The translations under genes and the position numbers were made by a program. From an uncultured Planctomycetia bacterium (lineage in GTDB: Bacteria > Omnitrophota > Gorgyraeia > 2-02-FULL-51-18), in NCBI GenBank assembly GCA_964642015.1, contig CAZXLF010000001.1, positions 181,541 to 245,540 of the forward strand: a stretch of DNA of 64,000 nucleotides. The letters are read 5' to 3'. This document shows positions 19,616 through 30,573 of this stretch, piece after piece. The notes below the pieces were generated by a model. It searched no databases. It was not told the DNA's origin and saw only the letters and a program-made list of their open reading frames with translations. Position 1 is the first letter of the stretch, and every line of letters begins with the position of its first letter.

Positions 19616-21553
19616 TTGAATCCCGCCATATTTTCAAATAAATATTTCCGGGTAGCGCTGATCGCGATACCCGCGTTCCTAGCCTTATCCGCTTCCTATT
19701 TCCGTTTGTTCGAATCTTATGAACTGCAGACCTATGACTGGCGCTGCCAACTTCGTGTCCCTAGACCCATGTCCAGGGACATTGTTCTGATAGATATTGC
19801 CGATGACTCCCTTGAAAAGTTGGGTCATTGGCCTTTTAGTCGGGAATATCACTCCGCTCTGATCGACATCCTGGGGAAATTCAAAGTCAGGTCCGCATTA
19901 TTTGACATCCTGTTTGTTGAGCCTAGCGATAAGGACGTGACGGTGATTAACTCGGCCCGCTCGAAGAAAAATGTCTTTTTTTGCGCAGCTTTTATGGATC
20001 CCAAATGGGAAAAGGGAAAATTTGTTTCCAAAAGTTTCCTTGCACCTTTAATCGAAGGCTATCGGACGGCGGCGCGAGGGGTCGGATTTGTCAACGTCAA
20101 GGCGGATCCCGATGGAAAACGGCGCAGAGTGATCCCCAGCATTTCAATGGAAGGAAAAGATTATTATCATCTAGGGTTTGAGGCCGCCATTGACATTCTT
20201 GGGATTGACAAGAGCAAGATCAAGGTGGATCCCGGACATTCTATTCGGTTTTCAGATAACCTCACGATTCCGCTCGACGGGGATGGATATTTTCTGGTCA
20301 ATTTTGCTAATCGCTGGAAAGATGCTTTTGAACACTATTCATATTCTGACGTCTTGACCTCTTATGTCCAAATCCTGGACCATGAAAAACCTGTTGTGGA
20401 TCTTAAACGTCTAAAGGGAAAGATCTGCTTCGTGGGTTTTACAGCGACGGGTTCCACCGATACGAATGCGACGCCGCTTGAACCCATTTATCCGATGATG
20501 GGGATCCACGCGAATGTGCTGAACAGCATCCTTCAGAAAGATTTCATCCGCCGTGCGGACCGCGTGACGAATATTTTGATCTTGATACTGCTGGTCTCAT
20601 GGATCTTTTATTTGTCGCTACATATGAAACCTATTGCTGCGTTCCGCTCAATGATATTGACACTTTTTCTATTTACGATATGCGTGGTTTTCCTTTTCTT
20701 CCATTGGGGCATTTGGCTGGATCTTTTTTATCCATTAGCCTTGGCGATCGCTATCTATACGGTTGCTACGTTGAGCCGGATGCTTTATGAGATGAAAAAA
20801 AGGGAATTGATCGAGAATGAGTTGAAGGTGGCGAGCCAAATTCAAAAAAGTTTCTTACCGTCCGCCGTTCCCGACCATGCGGGCTTAGATATCGCGGTTT
20901 ATATGAAACCTGCCAAAGCCGTCGGAGGTGATCTTTATACGTTCATTCCTTTGGCAGATTCGAAGTTAGGTGTGATGTTAGGCGATGTTTCGGGAAAAGG
21001 CACTCCCGCCGCGCTTTTTATGGCGAAAGCCGTGTCTGAATTCAAGTTCTCCGCGCGCGAACAGAACAATCCATCCGATGTGCTTTTAGGTTTGAACCAT
21101 TCGATTGCATCGGAATCGACTGGAGGATTGTTCGTCACGTTAGCCTATGTTATATTTGATGTCAAGAGCCGGAATCTCTGCATTTCCAACGGCGGTCATT
21201 TGCCGACGGTTCATGTGTCTGCGCTGGGGCAGACAGAACTTTTGAATGCCGAAGGAGGGATGCCGATCGGTGTTTTAGACGGTGTGACGTTCGATAAATT
21301 TGAGATGGAAATAAAGCCCGGAGATTGTTTTGCTTTATATTCGGACGGTGTCAGCGAGGCAAGGAATCGTAAAAAAGAAGAATTCGGCATTGAGACACTG
21401 CAAAAAGTAATCCAGGATAACCGTAATTTGAATGCGCAAGGGATCCTGGATTCGGCGGTCAACCGTCTGAACCAATTCATGGGCAAGGCGGATCAGCATG
21501 ATGACATTACCCTGCTGATCGTGAAAGTCGGGGCACTTTCAGATGGAAAATAA
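19616..21553 (+). CDS. CHASE2-sensor PP2C/SpoIIE Ser phosphatase
   Basis: CHASE2 motifs (LGHWPFSR, DPDGKRRR), 3 TM segments, PP2C motifs VGGDLY, GDVSGKG, YSDGVSE, DDIT. Confidence 0.9.
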   Translation: MNPAIFSNKYFRVALIAIPAFLALSASYFRLFESYELQTYDWRCQLRVPRPMSRDIVLIDIADDSLEKLGHWPFSREYHSALIDILGKFKVRSALFDILFVEPSDKDVTVINSARSKKNVFFCAAFMDPKWEKGKFVSKSFLAPLIEGYRTAARGVGFVNVKADPDGKRRRVIPSISMEGKDYYHLGFEAAIDILGIDKSKIKVDPGHSIRFSDNLTIPLDGDGYFLVNFANRWKDAFEHYSYSDVLTSYVQILDHEKPVVDLKRLKGKICFVGFTATGSTDTNATPLEPIYPMMGIHANVLNSILQKDFIRRADRVTNILILILLVSWIFYLSLHMKPIAAFRSMILTLFLFTICVVFLFFHWGIWLDLFYPLALAIAIYTVATLSRMLYEMKKRELIENELKVASQIQKSFLPSAVPDHAGLDIAVYMKPAKAVGGDLYTFIPLADSKLGVMLGDVSGKGTPAALFMAKAVSEFKFSAREQNNPSDVLLGLNHSIASESTGGLFVTLAYVIFDVKSRNLCISNGGHLPTVHVSALGQTELLNAEGGMPIGVLDGVTFDKFEMEIKPGDCFALYSDGVSEARNRKKEEFGIETLQKVIQDNRNLNAQGILDSAVNRLNQFMGKADQHDDITLLIVKVGALSDGK

Positions 21554-23300
21554 TCACAAAATATTATTATTGGTCGATCATCCTGAGATTCGAAAATCAC
21601 TGTCGCCGGGGCTGAATGGGTTCCATCACCTTTTTTTGACGTCCACGGAAGATATTATTCAGAAAGTATTTGATGAGGTGCCTCATTTGATCGTGATTGA
21701 CGAGGATTTTCAAAATGGGGAAGGCCGAAAACTTGCCGCTCACTTCAAGAGCGATCTTGTCCTGAAGTTCATACCGGTCATTCTTTTGACTAACGCAAAT
21801 TCAGCTTACATCCAAGAGTGGGAAGCGCCTTTGGAACTTTATTACAGCAAGGAAGGGAACCTGGAGAATCTTGTTTATCATATTCATCAGACCCTGGAAG
21901 AAAATTACAATGAACTTGATCTGAATCCCCTGACCAATCTGCCAGGCTCACGATCGAGTGTGCTGAAGCTTGAACGTGCTATTGGTACAAAAAAATTGTC
22001 CTCAGTCTGCTGTGTCGATCTCTCGGATCTGGATGCTTTTAACAGTGTTTACGGAGATGCACGCGGCGACGAAGTTATTATTTGCCTTTCTAAGATCATC
22101 ACCGATTCACTTAAAACGGAGGGGTCTCCGGACGATTTCTTGGGGCATTTGGGCGGAGACAATTTTATTATCGTGACGCCTTATGATCTTGCTGTGAAAA
22201 TATCCGAACGGATCATCCGGAAGTTCGATGCCGAGATCCATAAGTTTTACGACGAGGCCGATTTCAAAAATGGGTATCTTTTGCACAGGAATCACGAAGG
22301 ATTTCTGATGCATTACCCGATCATGAATGTTTCGATCGTGATCATGCATGATGACAACAAACCGCTTTTGGAGATCACGGAGATAGGCCGTATCGCGTCG
22401 ACTTTAAAAAAATATACCAAAGCCTTACCGGGGAGTTGTTATATCAAATATCGCCACAAACCGTTGCTTGGCGGTCATGTAAAGATTTCCGAACCGCTCG
22501 AAGTGCAATTTCCCGGCAAAACGGAGACACTAAAGGTAACAGCGCCTCCTTCCAAGGAAATCGATAGTAAGAATTCCCTGTTTTTTAACGCCATTTTGAA
22601 CAGTCACAAAATCGAAACAGCTTTTCAGCCGATTGTGGACCTGAATGCCAGGAAGATCGTCGGCTATGAAGCATTGACGCGCAGCCAAAGCGAGGATTTT
22701 GCGATGCAGCCGGTGTTACTTTTCAGTATTGCCAGGGAATCCGGGAAGATCAAAGAACTGGACAAGCTCTGTGCGGAGGTCGCCTTGATGAGCGCTCAGA
22801 AGCTAGAGCCGGATAAAAAGATCTTTATCAATATGAATTTAGAGACATTGCTTGATCCCAAGCTCATGAAGCAAATATTTGCTAAAAGAAATCTGATCGG
22901 ATTTCAGAATATTGTGATCGAACTGACTGAACAAAGTATTTTGCGGTCATTTGAGAAAGTAAGGGATGCGCTTTTTGAATTGAAAGAACAGGGTATGTCG
23001 GTGGCGATCGATGACGTGGGCGGAGGCGCGGTGAGTTTAAGGGACGTGGCTATTCTTAAGCCGGATTACATCAAATTTGACCGCTCACTCATCCGTCAAA
23101 TAGATACCAATACGACCAAGCAAAAAATAGTGCTTTCCATGATCCTTTTTGCGGACGGCATTCATGCGATCACGACAGCGGAAGGCATTGAAACCAAGGA
23201 AGAGTTTGATACGGTACAAAATTTGGGCGTCAGTTTAGGGCAAGGATATTATTTTGCAAAGCCCGGAAAAGCGTTCCCGAAGATCTCGGATTTTATATAA
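21543..23300 (+). CDS. REC-like / GGDEF / EAL c-di-GMP turnover protein
   Basis: NPLTNLPG, NSVYG, degenerate GHLGGDNF, YEALTR, IDDVGGG, AEGIET, QGYYF. Confidence 0.88.
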   Translation: MENNHKILLLVDHPEIRKSLSPGLNGFHHLFLTSTEDIIQKVFDEVPHLIVIDEDFQNGEGRKLAAHFKSDLVLKFIPVILLTNANSAYIQEWEAPLELYYSKEGNLENLVYHIHQTLEENYNELDLNPLTNLPGSRSSVLKLERAIGTKKLSSVCCVDLSDLDAFNSVYGDARGDEVIICLSKIITDSLKTEGSPDDFLGHLGGDNFIIVTPYDLAVKISERIIRKFDAEIHKFYDEADFKNGYLLHRNHEGFLMHYPIMNVSIVIMHDDNKPLLEITEIGRIASTLKKYTKALPGSCYIKYRHKPLLGGHVKISEPLEVQFPGKTETLKVTAPPSKEIDSKNSLFFNAILNSHKIETAFQPIVDLNARKIVGYEALTRSQSEDFAMQPVLLFSIARESGKIKELDKLCAEVALMSAQKLEPDKKIFINMNLETLLDPKLMKQIFAKRNLIGFQNIVIELTEQSILRSFEKVRDALFELKEQGMSVAIDDVGGGAVSLRDVAILKPDYIKFDRSLIRQIDTNTTKQKIVLSMILFADGIHAITTAEGIETKEEFDTVQNLGVSLGQGYYFAKPGKAFPKISDFI

Positions 23301-23376
23301 TCTAAGTCCTTTTATATTAATCACTTATAGAATTAAAAACAGGACTTTTTAATAGTTCAAAGATTTAAATAAAAAT

Positions 23377-23405
23377 TTGTATTCTGAATGGCTTTCATGT
23401 ATACT
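23377..23405 (+). promoter_or_regulatory. sigma70-type promoter
   Basis: TTGTAT-N17-TATACT. Confidence 0.55.
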
Positions 23406-23428
23406 AGCGCAAAAAGGATGAATAAATC

Positions 23429-23722
23429 ATGACGTTGGTCGACAAACAAAGGTCCAGCCGTATCTCGAATTACATGGAAGAGCTGGCCGAAAATGTTTTA
23501 GAAAATTTGTTAGCTGAGGAATATAAAGGATCCCGTTTTTCAACGAATGCGATCCAAGATATTAAGGCTTTGGCGTTGAACCGGCTTTGGCCGATGTATA
23601 CTACCAGCGATGCGGGCAAAAATTTCTTGAAGAGGATCATCCAGGAAGACAAGATCGAGAAAGATGTTCTTCGGGAACTTAGAGCCGCGATCGATATCGT
23701 AAAGTCCAATCCGCGTAAGTAA
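23429..23722 (+). CDS. ComFB family protein
   Basis: NYMEELA...DIKALALNRLWPMY...VKSNPR resembles the ComFB pattern (N.ME, D..ALALN.LPP.Y, NPR). Confidence 0.75.
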   Translation: MTLVDKQRSSRISNYMEELAENVLENLLAEEYKGSRFSTNAIQDIKALALNRLWPMYTTSDAGKNFLKRIIQEDKIEKDVLRELRAAIDIVKSNPRK

Positions 23723-23758
23723 TTTTCTTCGGTTGTGCTATGATAGTCCCTGACGCCC

Positions 23759-26700
23759 ATGGCACTTTTAGAACTTTTAGCCTCACCTCCCGGTACCGGA
23801 AAAACTTTTTATTGTATAGAACTTTTTAAGAAAGAGATCTTGAAAACGAAGAGCGGCATTGAAAGCCGCTCTTTTTTTGTCCTTCCCAGCCGTGAACACG
23901 CCAACAGGATCCAGAGCTTGGTCTTAAAAAAAGAGATACCCGGCCTATTCAATGTTCATATTCTGACGATCAATGACCTTGCGTCAAAACTTTTGAAAGT
24001 CCCGTTCGCCCAAGTCCCGACAGATACGCTCAGGAAAAGCATTGTTCGCGATGTTCTCGAAGAAGATGCAACTTTCCCTTATTTCAACGATGTCAGGAAC
24101 TTTCATGGATTTCATGAGCTTTTGGTGGACAGCATCAAGGAATTTAAAGCCGGTCTTTTAACGGTCGAGGCGTTCGAGAGGCATTCTCAGCGACTTTTGA
24201 AAGATCCGGCGTTCCGCTCAAAATTCAGGGATTTTTCGGTCATTTTGAAGAAATATGAAGCGCGTCTTGAGCGCCTTGGCTTACAAGAGCCTGAGCAGTT
24301 TTATTTAAAAATGCCCGGCAAGATCAAAAGATCTGAAGCGCCGGATCTGGTTGTTTTTGACGGATTCTATCATTTCACCAGAGCCCAAAAAGCTCTTATC
24401 GAAATGGTCGCTCGCTGCTCCAAACGTACGGTTGTAACGTTGACGCTGCCCAATGATGATCGAAAACGAATGGCTGTGTTTGAATATGCCGAAAAGACTA
24501 AGCAATATTTGACCGACCTTGGATTCAAAAAAAGTAAGAACTCGTTCCTTATCAATCACCGCACCCAGGATGAAGCGCTGCTGAGTCTTGAGCAGAATCT
24601 TTTTCTGGCCGATCCCAAACCGTATTCCAAACAACAGGATTCAATAGAATTCATGGAAGCGCCGAACGCACGCGTTGAGATCGAAATGATCGCCCGCCGC
24701 ATCAAAGAAATTTGTCGGGAATCATCGGTGTATTGGAGCGATATCTGCGTTGTTCTTAGAGAGCTGCGGAGTTATGAAAAGCTGATCGATTCTGTTTTTA
24801 GCTCTTTTGAGATACCTGTCCATATCCATGAAAGGAATCGGCTTATCGAAAATGGCATCGCAAAAGTTTTATACCGCTTCTTGAATTTGCACACGGAGGG
24901 TTGGAAGCGGAGTGATTTAATCCCCATTCTTAAATCCACATATTTTTCGGATAAGTATGGTCTGGAAGATACATTGTCGATAGAAAATTTGGCGGTCAGC
25001 TTAGGTATTCTGGAGGGGCGTGATCAATGGGAGGAATTGGCAAAGAACGAGAAATTGTCCTCGACCGCCGGAGAGATCTTGCAAATACTGCTGCAAACTC
25101 AGGTCGATCTCATTGAGACAAAGAGCATTCTTGAATTCGAACGGATAATATTTTCTTGGCTGGAAAATTTTTGCAAACAAAAAGGTTCCATCGAAGGCGA
25201 CGCTTTGGATCTTCAAGCCATTGAATCCATCAGATCGATCCTGAGATCGGCGCGAAATTACTATGGACAAGTGCTTAAAAAAGAATTTTTGGCTCAGAAA
25301 TTCATAAAACAACTGCAGGACGCTTTGGAGTCAGCGCTTTTTTCGGTGAAGCCGCCCGGTAAGAACCGTGTGCAGGTCTACGATGTAGTGATGGCCTTAC
25401 CCAAGGAGTATAGAGTGGTCATTATGCCGGGCATGCTCGAGAAATCATTTCCTAAGAGTATTTCAGAAGATCCGATCTTTAAAGATCACGAAAGGCGCAT
25501 GATCAATAAAAAAGAGACCATACTTGAAGAAAGGCTGCCGCGCATCGCGGGTGAACGTTATTTCTTTTACATGGCGGTGACACGCGCTAAAGAAAAACTC
25601 ATCCTTTCTTATCCGCGATACGACGGAGATGATCGCCTGCTTTTGAGATCGTTTTTTATTGAGGAAGTCGAAAGATGTTTTAAGCAAAAGATCTTGGTTT
25701 CTAGTAAAAACCCGTCCGATTTTCTGCCTCTGCCAGATGAATGGTCAAGCCCGCATGAAGCGATTTGTGGGATATCCGAAATGAGTTTTAGGGAGAGTTC
25801 CGCTCAGGAAGTATTGGTTAAACGATTCTCCGAGCAGGTTTCGGAATGGATGGATAAAGACCGGTTCAAACAGGTGCTTGATTTTGGCCGGTCGAGTGAT
25901 CGGGCTGTGGTCAGAGATCCTAGGATCAAAGAAGTTTTTCGTGCGATAAAAGGGCCATTCTCCGCGACCAAACTTGAAACTTTTGCGAACTGTGCGTTTA
26001 AATATTTCTCAAGCCGTGTGCTTTATTTGAATGAACCTCTTGACAGGCGCCAGATGGCCGAGATGGGGAACCTGCTGCACGAAACATTAGAACAATTCTA
26101 TACGGAATTGCCACGGCATGAAAAAGAAACGGGATTGTACCTTAAAGAATCTTCGGTGATGAAGGATGCGCTTCATCGCAAGCTTGAGTCTCTCATGATC
26201 AAAAGCCCGCTTTACCGCGAACCGCTTTATCGCAAGCGGATGTATATGGATTCCATGAAAAAGACGCTGTCACTTTTCGTGGAGCATGAAAAAGAGCTTT
26301 TTATGAAACGGCCGCTTGTTCCCACTTATTTTGAATTGAGTTTCGGGAATGGCGGAAAAAGCGATCTGGATTATTTAAGGATAAACAGTGATACAGGATC
26401 TGAAATATTGATCGAAGGGCAGATCGACCGCGTGGATGTGGATAAAAATAAAAAGAAAGCGCTCGTGATCGACTACAAACGCTCATCACGGGAATTCACG
26501 GTCCATAATAAGTTGAAAAAAAACCTCGAATTTCAGCTGCCCATCTATCTTTTGGCCGTGCGCCGCTTGCTGGGGATGGAAGTGCTCGGCGCCGAACTTC
26601 GTATATTAAGAGAAACCAAAAAAGAGGGGTTATTTCCTGAATCTTCATCGGAGATATTAGGGCTTCATCAAAATTTTAAAGTTTACGGTGAAGATGAGTT

Positions 26701-26866
26701 TGAGAATATTCTTGCGCGCACAGAAGAGCTTATCCGCCAAAATTTGAAACGGCTTCAAGGAGCTGATATTTCAGTGGCTCCCAAATCGTGTACTTATTGC
26801 AATTTTTCATCCGTATGTCGGTTCGAACCATGGCGTTTGGTCTATGCCGAAGGAGCTGCTTCGTGA
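23759..26866 (+). CDS. addB: AddB-like PD-(D/E)XK nuclease subunit
   Basis: N-terminal PPGTGKT; SATKLETFANCAFKYF; GQIDRVD, IDYK; Fe-S motif CTYCNFSSVC. Confidence 0.88.
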   Translation: MALLELLASPPGTGKTFYCIELFKKEILKTKSGIESRSFFVLPSREHANRIQSLVLKKEIPGLFNVHILTINDLASKLLKVPFAQVPTDTLRKSIVRDVLEEDATFPYFNDVRNFHGFHELLVDSIKEFKAGLLTVEAFERHSQRLLKDPAFRSKFRDFSVILKKYEARLERLGLQEPEQFYLKMPGKIKRSEAPDLVVFDGFYHFTRAQKALIEMVARCSKRTVVTLTLPNDDRKRMAVFEYAEKTKQYLTDLGFKKSKNSFLINHRTQDEALLSLEQNLFLADPKPYSKQQDSIEFMEAPNARVEIEMIARRIKEICRESSVYWSDICVVLRELRSYEKLIDSVFSSFEIPVHIHERNRLIENGIAKVLYRFLNLHTEGWKRSDLIPILKSTYFSDKYGLEDTLSIENLAVSLGILEGRDQWEELAKNEKLSSTAGEILQILLQTQVDLIETKSILEFERIIFSWLENFCKQKGSIEGDALDLQAIESIRSILRSARNYYGQVLKKEFLAQKFIKQLQDALESALFSVKPPGKNRVQVYDVVMALPKEYRVVIMPGMLEKSFPKSISEDPIFKDHERRMINKKETILEERLPRIAGERYFFYMAVTRAKEKLILSYPRYDGDDRLLLRSFFIEEVERCFKQKILVSSKNPSDFLPLPDEWSSPHEAICGISEMSFRESSAQEVLVKRFSEQVSEWMDKDRFKQVLDFGRSSDRAVVRDPRIKEVFRAIKGPFSATKLETFANCAFKYFSSRVLYLNEPLDRRQMAEMGNLLHETLEQFYTELPRHEKETGLYLKESSVMKDALHRKLESLMIKSPLYREPLYRKRMYMDSMKKTLSLFVEHEKELFMKRPLVPTYFELSFGNGGKSDLDYLRINSDTGSEILIEGQIDRVDVDKNKKKALVIDYKRSSREFTVHNKLKKNLEFQLPIYLLAVRRLLGMEVLGAELRILRETKKEGLFPESSSEILGLHQNFKVYGEDEFENILARTEELIRQNLKRLQGADISVAPKSCTYCNFSSVCRFEPWRLVYAEGAAS

Positions 26867-29800
26867 AGACAGGTTTGCACAATTATTCCCACGCGCAAAA
26901 AAACGCGATCAAAACGTTCGATGCGGAAATATGCGTATCTGCGGGAGCGGGTTCCGGAAAGACCAGTGTCTTGGTCGAACGCTTTCTTCATGCGGTAACA
27001 CAAATGGGGATCGATCCCGAAAGGATCCTGGCGATCACGTTCACTGACAAGGCCGCAGGTGAAATGAAGAGTCGTCTTGTCGAAGTATGCCGTGAGCGAG
27101 GGCTGAATGACCTGCGAAGACAACTTGAAACCGCTTATATCAGCACAATCCATGGTTTTTGTTCGAGGATCCTCAAAGAAAATCCTGTCGAAAGCGGCGT
27201 CGATCCGTTTTTTCAGGTCATGAGCGAGGGCGAGTCAGAGATCCTGATGGACCAGGTCATGGACAAATTGTTCGAAATGAATAGCGATAATACGGTTTGG
27301 CTCGAAGTGATGAGCGACATAGGCGAAGAAGCAGCGCGTCTTTCGGTCAGAAAGTTATACGAAACAGACCGCGCTCTTTGCGGTAGTGCAGACATTTTTA
27401 AAACACCCGATATTTCTTACGCCAGCAAGCATACGATCGAACGGCTCAAAGAAGTTCTTGAAGAAGTCGATCTGTCTATCGACCTCAAGAAGGCAAGCGA
27501 ATCAGAATTAAAATTAAAGGCCGCTGCAAAAGATATCACCGCATTTCTGGCTCTCGATCAAGTATCGGATTGGGAAACAGTATCAAAAATACTGGATCTT
27601 AAAGAAGGTCTGGGCCGTAAACTTCCGAAACATGGAGAGATCACGAAAGAGATACGCGAGCTCATGGACACTTGGGTATCGCTTGTGGTCGAAGATATTG
27701 ATGCGCCTGTAAAAAAAGAATACCGGAGGATTGTGACTCAGTTCAAGGCGATGTACGAAGGAGAAAAAAGATCAAGGGCATCTTATGATTTCGAAGATCT
27801 CCTGACCAAGACCTATGAACTTTTATCTGGAACGACTGTGGAAAAGAAAGCCGTCCGTGAGCGTTACCGGAACCATTTTTCATGCATTTTAGTGGACGAA
27901 TATCAGGATACAAGCCATTTGCAGGATAAATTGATCGTGCTTTTGAAAAAAGAAAATAATCTTTTCATGGTCGGAGATTCTCAGCAGTCTATCTATGGCT
28001 TTCGTTTTGCGGACCCGGAAATATTTCGGAAGCGCGTTCTGAACGGCTCCAACGGCGGTCGCCATATCCGGCTGAGCGAAAATTATCGGTCAAGGGCCGA
28101 GATCCTGACGTTCATCAACGCGCTTTTTCAAAAACTTTCCATCAACGCCGCGTTCCATCCGCTGGAAGCAAAAAAGTTATTTCCCGTTAAAAAAACTGCA
28201 GCTGTCCAGCTTCTCTGTGTGTTGCGCCAGAAGGATGAGGGAGAGGATATGGATAGCGCAAGAGTCATCGAAGCAAGATCGATAGCTCGAACGATCGATG
28301 AGATCGTGCGATCGGCCGTGATTGTTCAAGATAAAAACGGCAAAATCCACCCGATCGAATACCGCGACATCGCGATCCTTTTTAGAGGCTTAAATAAATC
28401 CTATCTTTATGAAAATGAACTCACAAATCGCGCGGTCCCTTACACTTTATCCCGCGGAGGCGGATTTTATGAGAAGCCCGAAATTCTGGATTTTATCAAT
28501 TTTCTGAGACTTATTGACAATCCATATCTGGACATTGCTCTTGCAGGCGTGTTGAGATCGCCGATCGTACATATAAGTGACGATGCGCTCTATTGGCTGG
28601 CATTGACCGCTAAAAACGACGATCATGACCGGCCGCTGTGGAATGGTGTGATGAATTATAAAATAATCTCTGAATTGTCTTCGAATGACCGGCAGAAACT
28701 TGCGGGTTTTATGGCCATTCTTGAGGACCTGAGAAAGAAAAAAGACAACATTAGATTATCGGAGATTCTAGAAACGATACTCGAACGCAGTTATTACGAC
28801 GCGAAAGTCTTGACCCGCGCCGGCGGCAAGCAGAAATTGGCCAATGTCCTGAAACTGATCGCGATTGCAAGATCCATGGAAGAAAAAGATATTGTTGGCG
28901 TGCGGGATTTTATCCATTACGCGGAAAGTTTGGCGGAAAACGAGATCAGCGAAGGAGAGGCAAGGATTACAAGCGGTTCCGAAAATGCGGTGGTGCTTTC
29001 CACGATCCATGCAGCCAAAGGCCTGGAGTTTCCTTATGTGATCATAGCGGACATGGGCGGTCAAAGCGCAAAGAGGAGTAAAGAGAATTTCGCGGTGTCG
29101 CATGAAATAGGATTGGGACTCAAGCAAAAATTCCCTAAGACGCAAAAATATCTCCAAGATTTTACATTCAAGCAGGTCGATCAGGTCTTAAAGGAAAAAG
29201 ACGCTCAAGAAGAAGAACGGCTGATCTATGTGGCAATGACTCGGGCCCAAGAACACCTGATCCTTTCGGGCTCATTGACTATCAACTCAGAGTCAGCAAG
29301 CTATAAAGAAAGTTCGTCCTGGATGTCCAGGATCGCTTATTGTTTGGAATGGGATCCGTTAAAGCAGGAGGTAAGAAACCTGGATTTTGGCGGCGTGCCT
29401 ATCGAGATATTGAAAATTGAAGATAAAGAATCAGCGGAAGTTTTATCCAAGAAGCCGGAATTGCCTACAGCCGCTTTTTTAGCGGATCAACAGATTTTGG
29501 GGATCAGGCAACGTCTCAAACCGATCGATAAGGGCTATGAAGAAACGGAAGATCATACGGTCACGGATCTTCTTTTAGCGTCATGGCCGAATATTAAAAC
29601 GGCTGAAGCATTTTCTGTGGAAAAAGATAAAGATAATGAGCAAGAGCTCTGGGAGATCGAAAGCCCGAGAAATGAATACGGCACGATCTTCCATCGTGTA
29701 ATGGAATACATTTTATCTAATGGTTTAAAGAAGACTGCGAGGCCGGATATTCCGCCATCGATGATCCGGACGTTAAATTTGAACGAGCAAAAAGAGTTGA

Positions 29801-30204
29801 AAGAAAGCATTTTGAAATTTTGGCATAGCCCATTGGGCCGTCTGGCGAAAGGTGCTAAAAAATGCTACTCGGAACTGCCTTTTATTTATAAAATGCCTCG
29901 AGGCATTTTAAAGGGTCAAATTGATCTTGTGGTCCAAACCGGTAAAGGCGAGTGGATAGTTATTGATTATAAAACTAACCGCATGACCGCCGCGCAGAAA
30001 GGATCGATCGCAAAAGAGTATGAACTTCAGCTTTATATCTACGCTTATGTTTTTTACAAGTTGTACGGTCAGATTCCCAAGAAAGGCATTCTGTATTTCA
30101 GCGTGATCGACGATACCCATGAATTCGTCTACGCCGAAAATGCGATGAAGGCTTTTGGAGAAAAGCTGAACGCCCATTTTTCCATGGCTATCAAAGTTTC
30201 TTGA
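26863..30204 (+). CDS. addA: AddA-like UvrD helicase-nuclease
   Basis: SAGAGSGKT, AITFT, VDEYQDT, VGDSQQSIYGFR, TIHAAKGLEF, YVAMTRA, IDYKT; GTG 26863 with AGGAG overlaps the addB stop. Confidence 0.9.
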   Translation: MKTGLHNYSHAQKNAIKTFDAEICVSAGAGSGKTSVLVERFLHAVTQMGIDPERILAITFTDKAAGEMKSRLVEVCRERGLNDLRRQLETAYISTIHGFCSRILKENPVESGVDPFFQVMSEGESEILMDQVMDKLFEMNSDNTVWLEVMSDIGEEAARLSVRKLYETDRALCGSADIFKTPDISYASKHTIERLKEVLEEVDLSIDLKKASESELKLKAAAKDITAFLALDQVSDWETVSKILDLKEGLGRKLPKHGEITKEIRELMDTWVSLVVEDIDAPVKKEYRRIVTQFKAMYEGEKRSRASYDFEDLLTKTYELLSGTTVEKKAVRERYRNHFSCILVDEYQDTSHLQDKLIVLLKKENNLFMVGDSQQSIYGFRFADPEIFRKRVLNGSNGGRHIRLSENYRSRAEILTFINALFQKLSINAAFHPLEAKKLFPVKKTAAVQLLCVLRQKDEGEDMDSARVIEARSIARTIDEIVRSAVIVQDKNGKIHPIEYRDIAILFRGLNKSYLYENELTNRAVPYTLSRGGGFYEKPEILDFINFLRLIDNPYLDIALAGVLRSPIVHISDDALYWLALTAKNDDHDRPLWNGVMNYKIISELSSNDRQKLAGFMAILEDLRKKKDNIRLSEILETILERSYYDAKVLTRAGGKQKLANVLKLIAIARSMEEKDIVGVRDFIHYAESLAENEISEGEARITSGSENAVVLSTIHAAKGLEFPYVIIADMGGQSAKRSKENFAVSHEIGLGLKQKFPKTQKYLQDFTFKQVDQVLKEKDAQEEERLIYVAMTRAQEHLILSGSLTINSESASYKESSSWMSRIAYCLEWDPLKQEVRNLDFGGVPIEILKIEDKESAEVLSKKPELPTAAFLADQQILGIRQRLKPIDKGYEETEDHTVTDLLLASWPNIKTAEAFSVEKDKDNEQELWEIESPRNEYGTIFHRVMEYILSNGLKKTARPDIPPSMIRTLNLNEQKELKESILKFWHSPLGRLAKGAKKCYSELPFIYKMPRGILKGQIDLVVQTGKGEWIVIDYKTNRMTAAQKGSIAKEYELQLYIYAYVFYKLYGQIPKKGILYFSVIDDTHEFVYAENAMKAFGEKLNAHFSMAIKVS

Positions 30205-30253
30205 TTTTTTGAAAGCCATTTGCAAGAATAGACTCATCAAGGGGGCACAGAAC

Positions 30254-30454
30254 ATGGCAAAAATCGCAACTACGATCAAGAATGGTCAAGGCCGGAAAAC
30301 GGTCACATCAGCTCAAAGAGGATTCACAAGAAGCGAACAGCAGGCGATTGAAAAACTTGCGTATCAATTTTTTGTGGAACGCGGCTACGCTCATGGTCAT
30401 GATCGAGAAGATTGGCTAAGAGCCGAATCGATCATCCGAAACAGACGGTCGTAA
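30254..30454 (+). CDS. DUF2934 family protein
   Basis: IEKLAYQFFVERG...GHDREDWLRAE. Confidence 0.8.
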   Translation: MAKIATTIKNGQGRKTVTSAQRGFTRSEQQAIEKLAYQFFVERGYAHGHDREDWLRAESIIRNRRS

Positions 30455-30573
30455 GCTTTTCTAACAAATCTCTTCTTTTAAGAAAACCTTAAATCTTCCA
30501 GAGATTCTAAGAGTCGGTTTATTTTTTTGTCTTTCATGCCTAGAGGGGATTTTTTGTTCAAATCAGGTATTGT

